From Patescibacteria group bacterium (lineage in GTDB: Bacteria; Patescibacteriota; Patescibacteriia; JAHJFT01): a DNA stretch of 64,000 nt. The DNA lies in NCBI GenBank assembly GCA_028710985.1, contig JAQTTB010000001.1, positions 19,280 to 83,279 of the forward strand, given 5' to 3'. A program made the translations under genes and the position numbers. The notes below the pieces were generated by a model. It was not told where the DNA came from. It did no database searches and worked only from the letters and a program-made list of their open reading frames with translations. Positions within the stretch are counted from its first letter, which is position 1, and each line of letters opens with the position of its first letter. Positions 56,984-64,000 of the stretch are shown one piece after another.

Positions 56984-57400
56984 CTTCCTGCCTGCCGGCA
57001 GGCAGGTTGCATACTTTTGGTTACAAAAGTATGTCCCGCTGAAAGCGAACAAGAGTGATGCTAGAAAACAATAATCAATACCCAGACAAGCGGCAGGCTG
57101 TGGCTAGAAAATCCCAATATTAAAACAACTTGCACGAAAATATTTAATAGGATTCCCCCGGTACATTGAACCTGGATCCCCGCCTTCGCGGGGATGACGA
57201 AGAGAGCACTTTGCCACTTACCGTCATTCCCGCGAAAGCGGGAATCCAGAAACAAAGCCCCTCCAAAATCCCTCTCTGACACGTCGCTCGCGAGCGACGT
57301 GTCTCTGTCTCCCCCTTCCTGCCTGCCGGCAGGCAGGTCAGCCACCCCGAAACTTTTTGGTTACTTTTTGGTTACAAAAAGTAACGCGCCGGAGGCAAGA
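56984..57400. repeat. Copy B of the 214-bp structured repeat (56984-57198), followed by further hairpin modules: a BIME-like array
   Basis: 56984-57198 aligns base-for-base with 43051-43264, with about 20 substitutions and small indels. Downstream modules are an inverted REP (CGTCATTCCCGCGAAAGCGGGAATCCAG), a perfect 13-bp palindrome (GACACGTCGCTCG/CGAGCGACGTGTC), a second CTTCCTGCCTGCCGGCAGGCAGG copy and ACTTTTTGGTTACAAAAAGT. Confidence 0.8.
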
Positions 57401-57459
57401 GACCAGAGGTAAAAAGATGCAAGAAAAAAATGGGAGGCCCAAACGATTGTAGGAGGAAC

Positions 57460-57490
57460 AAAAAGACGTGCCTTTAAGCACGCCTTTTTA
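57460..57490. terminator. Bidirectional rho-independent terminator 3' of the 57499 minus-strand gene
   Basis: AAAAAGACGTGCCTTTAAGCACGCCTTTTT is a short stem-loop flanked by an A-run and a T-run. Confidence 0.6.
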
Positions 57491-57498
57491 TAATATTT

Positions 57499-59394
57499 TT
57501 ATGGACGGACTTTTCCAAGACCCGCCGCCCGCGTGTCATGCGCAAGCTCGGTCGTAATCAACGGAGTGGCAAACGACAAATCTTTACCGATAAATTCATC
57601 ATGCGCCGTCACCTTTATCCAGTCAACGAGCGACGCCGCCGTGCCCGCCTGATCCGCGGTCGGCACAATTTCCACCTCAAAGCTCAGGCCGATCACGGCC
57701 CCGGATTCAGCTGTGGCCGAAAGCTCTTTAAGCGACCAGGTTATCATTCCGGTGTCCGGATTATAATTAATGCTGTCCCCGGCCGTCACGCTTGAAAGCC
57801 CGGCATATGTAACATTCGGGGCAAGTTTTGCCTGCAGAAACATGTTGGTCAGATCGCTTGTGGTTTTTGGCAAATTCCAGAAAACCCAATACTTGGTCGG
57901 TCTCTCGACCTTGGGCGGCATGGAACCACGGCCAAGCTGATCACCGGTTTCGGCCCAATAACGCGCGAATGCCTGACTCGCGAACGGCGTTATCATTTTT
58001 ATATCAATACGTCCAGTTTTATAAACCGCAGCCCCTTCTTCCCCTTCAACGCGGTAACTCGCCAAAACCGCGACAGGCATTGTTATATTCTTCTGCGACT
58101 CGAGCTGTGAAAAATCCGGATTACTTTTTAGATATAAGGCGCCGGATACTTTTTTTGTCTCGCCCGGCGCAAGGCCTGCCGCACTTTCTTTAAAATAAAA
58201 TCTTCCATCGCGAAATTCCATTCCCTCGATGCGCGCCGTATTTATTAAATAAGCATCGGCTTCAACCGCGAGAGCGACGTCGGAAAGCGCAAAGTCGCCA
58301 ATATTTTTATACGATACCACGACATCCATTTTCTCGCCCCAGCCGGCAACCGGTTCGGATGTATCATTTATACGTATAACCGCTTCAATCTGCGGCGGAA
58401 CAATCTGCGCCGAAGCGGCTAAAATCTCCTGGCGCGCTTTCTCTTCACCCGCGGTTACGTATGTTTCGAAATAAAAATTCGCGCGGCTGTCCGGACAGGC
58501 AAGATAGCCGCGAATTGTAATCTCACCCTCTTTCCCGGCCTCAAGGTCGCCAATTCTAAAAACATTTTCTAACATAGGGAGCGATGAACTCAAGTATTCA
58601 AACCCGGCGGGCCAATACGCGTGAACCTCAGCATTCACGAGAGCGGCGCTTCCTGTATTTTTATATTTAATCTTAACATCAATATCCTGATTATTTATCA
58701 GCTTTTCCGGAGCCTCAAGCTCGGCCCAGAACACGGAATCATCTATAGTATAGCTTGCGGTGAACGGCTTCTGCTCATTCTTGCCGTTCTCGGCCTGTGT
58801 GAATCCGAGCGTTGACCAGACGGTTTGTGAATCTCCAACCGTGCCCCAAACGCGTCCATGCAAACGCAGTCTCCCCTCTCCCCCTGGGGGCAGGGTTCCG
58901 ATATCCACAATATTTTTTGTTGCGTCGGTCTGCGCCGGAATCGTATCTAAAAGTTGAAAATTATTCGGCAGCCTGAAACTCCAATAAGCCTCGTCAAGTA
59001 TTGATTCCGAATCGTTCCGGTAAACCCAGACCACGCTCACTTCTCCGCCGCTCACGATCTCCTGCGGCATAACTGCGGTATCAATATGAATCTTGTCGGC
59101 AATCGAAGGCTTGTAAAAATAAATAAGTGTGACAAAAACCGAGAGCGCAATAATGAGTCCTAAAAGCGCCATATCCACCCAGAAAAGAATTTTGGCGCGC
59201 TTGTATTTGCCTTCATAGCGCGTTTCATAATGATCGCGAAGCCGCGAGGTAATGGCTTTCGCCGGCTGTAAGGCCACATTCAGTGTCCCAATAAAAATAT
59301 TACCTCGTCCTTTGTCGGCCGCGGATTTAAATTCCTGCGGAGTCATAACATCTTCCGACACATTGGTTAAATCAGTTGTTTTTTCTTCTGGCAT
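57499..59394 (-). CDS. Large membrane-anchored extracytoplasmic protein of unknown function
   Basis: It is 631 aa. An N-terminal cytoplasmic segment of about 60 aa is followed by one TM helix (ILFWVDMALLGLIIALSVFVTLIYF) and a large beta-rich ectodomain. I recognised no motif. Confidence 0.5.
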   Translation of the reverse strand: MPEEKTTDLTNVSEDVMTPQEFKSAADKGRGNIFIGTLNVALQPAKAITSRLRDHYETRYEGKYKRAKILFWVDMALLGLIIALSVFVTLIYFYKPSIADKIHIDTAVMPQEIVSGGEVSVVWVYRNDSESILDEAYWSFRLPNNFQLLDTIPAQTDATKNIVDIGTLPPGGEGRLRLHGRVWGTVGDSQTVWSTLGFTQAENGKNEQKPFTASYTIDDSVFWAELEAPEKLINNQDIDVKIKYKNTGSAALVNAEVHAYWPAGFEYLSSSLPMLENVFRIGDLEAGKEGEITIRGYLACPDSRANFYFETYVTAGEEKARQEILAASAQIVPPQIEAVIRINDTSEPVAGWGEKMDVVVSYKNIGDFALSDVALAVEADAYLINTARIEGMEFRDGRFYFKESAAGLAPGETKKVSGALYLKSNPDFSQLESQKNITMPVAVLASYRVEGEEGAAVYKTGRIDIKMITPFASQAFARYWAETGDQLGRGSMPPKVERPTKYWVFWNLPKTTSDLTNMFLQAKLAPNVTYAGLSSVTAGDSINYNPDTGMITWSLKELSATAESGAVIGLSFEVEIVPTADQAGTAASLVDWIKVTAHDEFIGKDLSFATPLITTELAHDTRAAGLGKVRP

Positions 59395-59411
59395 ACAAGT
59401 ATGATACCAAT

Positions 59412-61574
59412 TTATTTAATCATGGACAATGTAAAAACCCCGGTTGTCTCGGCGATAATCTCATCGCGTCCATCATTGTCAATATCCGTCGCCGCAACGC
59501 CGACTCCGGAATTATCGTGCACATCATAAGCAAAAAATCCGCCGCCGTCGAGCGCCTGCCCTTTTTCGTTGAACACGCGCACATGCGGACCGCCGCCCAG
59601 GCCCGGACCAGTGATTATTTCATCCGCGCCATCGCCATCCGTATCCCCGGCCGCGACATTCACTCCGCCACGAAAATTTTTATCATAAGCGAAAAATCCC
59701 GGATTGATCAGGCGTCCGTCCAGCCCAAAAACGCGCACATGCGGACCCCCGCCGACTCCGGCTCCGGCAATTATCTCTTTCCAGCCGTCGCCGTTCAAAT
59801 CTCCGATCGTCACATTCACCCCGCCACGAAAATTTTTATCATAAGCGAAAAATCCCGGATTGATTAAAACGCCATCGCGGTTAAAAATTCTAATTTGCGG
59901 ACCGCCGCCATTTTCCGTTCCGGTGACGATTTCCATAAAACCATCCTTGTCCAAATCTCCGGCTGTGATATTTATGCCACCGCGATATTTATCCGTATAG
60001 GGATAGAACTGGGCATGCACCTTGCCGGAGGCATCATAAATCGTCACGCGATTTATATCACCGACCACGGTTTCGTCCTGACCGTCACTATTCAAGTCAG
60101 CAATCGCCACATTACTTCCGCCCCGGTAATCCGCTTCGTAGGCAAAAAAACCGGTGCGATAAACTTCGCCGTAACGGTTGAATATTCTTACAAAACTTCC
60201 GTTTGTGAATGTCGTGTTGGCAATTTTTTCGATCGGCCGAATCAGCACAATGCCGTCGCGCGGCGCGACAACTGTGCCGCTCACGATGGACCCGTCGTTT
60301 TTTTTCGGATCCTGGACACCGTGAATTTTTTCATATTCTCCAAAAAATTCGGTTGACTGGTTGCTGTAAGTAGAATTCACCAGCACCAAGCCGTTTTGAA
60401 ATTCGCGCTTCCACAAACCCTCCATTAAATCCGAACCGGAAGAAGTGAGGTTTTCCGCCGGACCCTTGGGAGCGCCGAGATATGCACCGTATTCATCATA
60501 CCACCAGGTTTGGCCGTGATCCTGGTCACCGAAATCAAAACTGTAATATCCGTCAAAAAGCATAGCGCTCGTATAACCGAAACGCATTGTCTTGTAATCA
60601 TTCTGGCTGCCGGTATTGTTCGTATTGGAATTTAGAATATTGGACGATGGCTGCTGCGATTCCGTGACGGCATCGCGGTAGTTTTTAAGCGCGTACGTCC
60701 AATCTTTGCTCGAAAAATTCTCAACCGTCACACCGTCGGTATGGTTTGCGTAATACGGGCCATCATTCAGCATCACGAGATATTTGGAGCCAATCGCACT
60801 CGCGGTTGCATCTAATGCTTTCGCGATTCCTTCTTTCCACAGGCGATTTGCGTCGCTTGATCCCGCCGGCTGACCGTCGCGGTTAAAATCAAGATTTCCG
60901 CCGGCAAAATATGTTACATCCTCCCAGCCATTATCAAAAAAAACACCATCCCATTTTCCCGAAGCGATAATTTCATTCTTAACAAAACTCGGCAAATAAT
61001 CATTCCAGCGTTGACCGGCAACCGAAAGGCATTCGTTCGTGATATTCATTATCCAATTGCCCTGCCAGAATGATCTTTTGTTTCCGGATGTATCAACGAG
61101 GTACCATTCATTTTTAATTCCCTGGGCCAATTTACGCCGCAGCGAACTTGAGGCCAGGCCGTCAATACTTTGTCGCACTTCAACGAGCGGAATATAAGCG
61201 AATATTTTTATATCCGGATTGATTCGCCTCATCGTGTCAATGGCGGAGGGATTGGATGTCTGGATATCCATGTCCAAAATCACCACATCCCATTCTGCAA
61301 GATCTCGCGCCTTGTCGTCTGCCACGCTCCAATGCAAAAAAATATTGGCCAACCGCGGCGCGTCCGTATTCAAAGGCGCACTTGCCGCCAAACCAGGCCA
61401 ACTAATAAATATAATTAACAAAATAAAAAAGCCTTGAACCCAAAACTTTAATTTACGGAGAATTTTCATTTTTGAGTTTAAGCGATGACTCATATATCTC
61501 AAATATTTTTTTATAGTGATCCGCCGCGCCGTTTTCTTTCTCCACCCTCGCCCTCCCCTGTTTTCCGAACTCAA
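59412..61574 (-). CDS. Secreted protein with an N-terminal glycoside-hydrolase-like TIM-barrel (GH114/GHL-type) domain and C-terminal FG-GAP-like repeats
   Basis: A signal/TM is present. The N-terminal domain (WDVVILDMDIQ...IKIFAYIPLVEV) weakly resembles GH114/GHL-like hydrolases. The C-terminus holds at least four FG-GAP-type repeats (GDLNGDGWKEIIAGAGVGGGPHVRVF), including an internal tandem duplication of about 150 bp at the nucleotide level (59663-59863). Confidence 0.4.
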   Translation of the reverse strand: MSSENRGGRGWRKKTARRITIKKYLRYMSHRLNSKMKILRKLKFWVQGFFILLIIFISWPGLAASAPLNTDAPRLANIFLHWSVADDKARDLAEWDVVILDMDIQTSNPSAIDTMRRINPDIKIFAYIPLVEVRQSIDGLASSSLRRKLAQGIKNEWYLVDTSGNKRSFWQGNWIMNITNECLSVAGQRWNDYLPSFVKNEIIASGKWDGVFFDNGWEDVTYFAGGNLDFNRDGQPAGSSDANRLWKEGIAKALDATASAIGSKYLVMLNDGPYYANHTDGVTVENFSSKDWTYALKNYRDAVTESQQPSSNILNSNTNNTGSQNDYKTMRFGYTSAMLFDGYYSFDFGDQDHGQTWWYDEYGAYLGAPKGPAENLTSSGSDLMEGLWKREFQNGLVLVNSTYSNQSTEFFGEYEKIHGVQDPKKNDGSIVSGTVVAPRDGIVLIRPIEKIANTTFTNGSFVRIFNRYGEVYRTGFFAYEADYRGGSNVAIADLNSDGQDETVVGDINRVTIYDASGKVHAQFYPYTDKYRGGINITAGDLDKDGFMEIVTGTENGGGPQIRIFNRDGVLINPGFFAYDKNFRGGVNVTIGDLNGDGWKEIIAGAGVGGGPHVRVFGLDGRLINPGFFAYDKNFRGGVNVAAGDTDGDGADEIITGPGLGGGPHVRVFNEKGQALDGGGFFAYDVHDNSGVGVAATDIDNDGRDEIIAETTGVFTLSMIK

Positions 61575-62694
61575 TAAGTTTTTTCGGATTTTTTTCCGCG
61601 TCCAGGATTCTTGCCGCTAAATCGTCCGGATTTCTTGGTTCATAGAGATAACCGCTCATACCGTGCTCAACCATTTCCGGAATTCCACCAAGCCGCGACG
61701 CGATTATCGCCTTGCCGAGCGCTTGGGCCTCGAGCACGCCATATGGATAATTATCGTGCATGAGCGTCGGCACGATTACCGCGCGGCATCCGCCAATTTC
61801 AGCCTTGAGCGCGTCCGGCGCAAGATGTCCGAAAAATTCAATATTTTTCGCGCCGCTGGTTTTTACAAAATCCTTAAGTCCGTTCTCGAGCGGTCCGGAT
61901 CCGGCGATCTTCAATTTAATATTCTTGTGTTTGCAAAAAACGCTTACCAGATCGGAGACTCCCTTTTCGTGCGCCAGCCGCCCGGCATAGAGATAGTAGT
62001 CTCCGACTGCTTCGTGCGGCTCATATTCATCAAGGAAAACAAAGTTCGGCACTACCTCAATGCGCTTCACCCGTACCCCCCAATCCTTAATTTTTTTGGT
62101 AAAGAAACGGCTTGGGCTAACGTAGCAATCTACCACATTTTCGTATATTTGTCTAGTCTTGGCAATGGCCATTTCCGCGGCCGCGAGAGCGCTCGAGGCC
62201 AGCGAATTCTGCGCGCATCTGTAAATAATGGCATTGTAATATTTGTGTTTGAAACACCTCTCGCAGATTCTGCCGCGGGTGAATAATTTATAATTCGGAC
62301 AAATGAGTTTATAGTCATGGAGGGTCAGGATTTTTGGCGCCGGCGAATCGCGGAGCGCATCCAGCACCGATGTACTCAGCTGATGATAGATATTATGGAG
62401 ATGCACAATATCGGGTTTAAAATCCGCGAGCAGTTTTTTCAAATTACTGCGCGCTTCGAAATTATATAAATACCCTGCCGCCTTGCCGGCTTCTCTTAAG
62501 ATTCCTTCGCGGCGGGTGTAATCAACTTCGGAAACAAAATACTTGCTCCATACGGATTTATCATTTTCACGGCCCTTCATGGAGAAGAATGCGACTTCGT
62601 GGCCCTGCCGCTTCAGGAGCTCCGCTAGGTCAAAAAAATAAGTTTCCGCTCCGCCGCGCCGGTAAAAAAATTTATTAATTAATAATATTTTCAT
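61453..62694 (-). CDS. Glycosyltransferase family 4
   Basis: MKILLINKFFYRRGGAETYFFDLAELLKRQGHEV is typical of GT4. The C-terminus reads LKIAGSGPLENGLK...VPTLMHDNYPYGVLEAQALGKAIIASRLGGIPEMV. The ORF overlaps the upstream gene by about 120 nt, so the true start may be an internal Met. Confidence 0.8.
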   Translation of the reverse strand: MKILLINKFFYRRGGAETYFFDLAELLKRQGHEVAFFSMKGRENDKSVWSKYFVSEVDYTRREGILREAGKAAGYLYNFEARSNLKKLLADFKPDIVHLHNIYHQLSTSVLDALRDSPAPKILTLHDYKLICPNYKLFTRGRICERCFKHKYYNAIIYRCAQNSLASSALAAAEMAIAKTRQIYENVVDCYVSPSRFFTKKIKDWGVRVKRIEVVPNFVFLDEYEPHEAVGDYYLYAGRLAHEKGVSDLVSVFCKHKNIKLKIAGSGPLENGLKDFVKTSGAKNIEFFGHLAPDALKAEIGGCRAVIVPTLMHDNYPYGVLEAQALGKAIIASRLGGIPEMVEHGMSGYLYEPRNPDDLAARILDAEKNPKKLIEFGKQGRARVEKENGAADHYKKIFEIYESSLKLKNENSP

Positions 62695-63773
62695 AATTTT
62701 GTATACAGAGACTGGTATTCATACGCCATTTTCTGGATTGAAAATTCCTTCTCCGTGTAATCCTTGGCCTCTCTTGCCATAAAGAGCGCCTCGCTCGGAT
62801 GCTCGATCATCCATTCAATCGCCTTGGCAAGCGCCGCCTCGTCGCGCGGCGGAACAAGCAGGGCGTTCTTTTTATCTTGAAAAATATCTGCGAGTCCGCC
62901 GACCGCGGATGCGATTATCGGCAGGCCGCTCGCCGCCGCCTCGATCGCCGCGAGTCCCATGCCCTCCCAGAGCGACGGAAAAATAAAAATATCCGCTTGA
63001 GCAAGCAAACTCGGTACATCCTGACGGGCGCCCAGTAATTCGATACGATCCTCGAGACCTAATCCCCTCACGTCGGCAATAATCTTTTCCCGCAGTGCGC
63101 CCTCTCCGACAAGCCACAGCATCCACGGCGTGTCTTTTATTTTATAAAGCGCGCGCACCAAATATTCATGCCCCTTTTGCGGCTCAAGCCGCGCCACATT
63201 GATAAGAACCGGCGGTGATGAAAAGTTTTGTTTTTCCTTTTTTGAAAAACGCGAAAAATCAATACCGTTATATATAATTTTAATTTTATTACGCGGTGCG
63301 CCCTCATGCACCACGGCGTAATCCGCCACGGCCGGCGAGACGGCAATAATTTTTTTGAATATGCCGACCGTCATTTTTTTTATAATTTTCTTTAACATGC
63401 CTTCATTCAAATTCAAATTGTGTTCGGTCTTCACGATCGCCGGAACGCCGGCAAACCGCGCCGCGAGCCCGGCCCAGATATCCGCGCCAAAAAGATGCGT
63501 ATGCACGATTGCCGGTTTTTCTTTTTTGAATAACAGATACAGCGATAAAAAGACTCCAAGCCCCAGCCTGGTGCGCTTAACTAAAACGAGCGGCCTGATA
63601 CCCGCTGCGATAAAATCTTTTTCCAGATTGCCGCCGCGCACCATTGAAACGACTCTGACTTCAAAGATATTTTTATCCAATTTGGAAACCAAATCCAAAA
63701 CCAGCCGCTCCGCGCCTCCGTAGCCAAGAGTCGTAATCACCTGAATAATTTTAATTTTATCCCTCTTTTCCAT
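62691..63773 (-). CDS. Glycosyltransferase family 4
   Basis: IKIIQVITTLGYGGAERLVLDLVSKL is typical of GT4. The C-terminus reads LWLVGEGALREKII...IFPSLWEGMGLAAIEAAASGLPIIASAVGGLADI. Confidence 0.82.
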   Translation of the reverse strand: MEKRDKIKIIQVITTLGYGGAERLVLDLVSKLDKNIFEVRVVSMVRGGNLEKDFIAAGIRPLVLVKRTRLGLGVFLSLYLLFKKEKPAIVHTHLFGADIWAGLAARFAGVPAIVKTEHNLNLNEGMLKKIIKKMTVGIFKKIIAVSPAVADYAVVHEGAPRNKIKIIYNGIDFSRFSKKEKQNFSSPPVLINVARLEPQKGHEYLVRALYKIKDTPWMLWLVGEGALREKIIADVRGLGLEDRIELLGARQDVPSLLAQADIFIFPSLWEGMGLAAIEAAASGLPIIASAVGGLADIFQDKKNALLVPPRDEAALAKAIEWMIEHPSEALFMAREAKDYTEKEFSIQKMAYEYQSLYTKL

Positions 63774-63834
63774 TTTCTAGTATGGGTCGCATATATGCGA
63801 CCCCTTCCTTATTTCGTTTTTTTCGTTATTTCGT

Positions 63835-64000
63835 TTTTTCCTCTTTTCTTTTTTTCTTCTCCAGATGCGGCCGCTCTTCGTGACGAAAAACTTTGGTCGC
63901 CGCGAGCGCCAAAGCGAGCGGAATCCATAACTTTGGGCTGTAATAATTTGTATTAAATAATTGATAAGTCATACTTCCCGCGGCCATCACGAGGCACGAA
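63835..64000 (-). CDS. C-terminal fragment of a membrane protein whose gene begins beyond the window end
   Basis: The minus-strand frame reads ...MAAGSMTYQLFNTNYYSPKLWIPLALALAATKVFRHEERPHLEKKKRKEEKTK* with a stop near 63835. The palindrome GGGTCGCATATATGCGACCC at 63787-63806 lies just downstream. Confidence 0.35.

Noticed and set aside
1-64000. tRNA, rRNA or other structured ncRNA genes in the intergenic regions (4.74-4.97 kb, 9.42-9.59 kb, 41.25-41.40 kb, 47.62-47.78 kb, 51.56-51.78 kb, 56.70-57.50 kb)
   Set aside because: No cloverleaf-compatible arrangement and no GTTCGAATC-type T-loop box were seen. The hairpins present are better explained as terminators or REP-like repeats. A tRNAscan/Infernal run would be the definitive check.

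Overview
The window looks like a Candidate Phyla Radiation (Patescibacteria)-type genome segment, which is an inference from gene content. It is dominated by one very dense cell-envelope glycosylation locus.

Housekeeping genes occupy the first 4.7 kb, all on the minus strand: a partial phosphoglycerate kinase (missing from the supplied ORF track), a metallophosphoesterase, GAPDH, EF-Ts and ribosomal protein S2.

The rest encodes about 12 GT4 and 4 GT2 glycosyltransferases. Alongside them are a Wzx-type flippase, a polyprenyl-phosphate sugar phosphotransferase, three SDR sugar-nucleotide epimerase/dehydratases, two GtrA-like proteins and at least six SAM methyltransferase domains. The locus also holds an AsnB-type amidotransferase, a radical-SAM/SPASM protein and several large polytopic membrane proteins.

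The core of this locus, about 16.0 to 36.3 kb, is markedly AT-rich compared with its flanks, which suggests a horizontally acquired glycan-biosynthesis island.

From 43.4 to 53.5 kb there is a minus-strand gene string. It reads ECF sigma factor, membrane-anchored putative anti-sigma factor, a 1259-aa Thr/Ser/Gly-rich surface protein, an S8 subtilisin-like peptidase with FG-GAP repeats, and an O-antigen-ligase-family (Wzy_C) protein with C-terminal TPR repeats. I read this as a candidate regulated surface-protein (S-layer-like) O-glycosylation system.

This block, plus a strongly GC-rich and apparently foreign acidic Cys/Asp-repeat lipoprotein gene, lies between two about-90%-identical copies of a 214-bp multi-hairpin, REP/BIME-like repeat. 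A third locus at 11.7 kb carries the same hairpin motif.

Other features include several clear rho-independent terminators and two near-consensus sigma-70 promoters. There are also unusual long inverted repeats at 4.9 kb and 9.5 kb, and short tandem repeats inside two coding regions. I recognised no rRNA, tRNA or CRISPR array.
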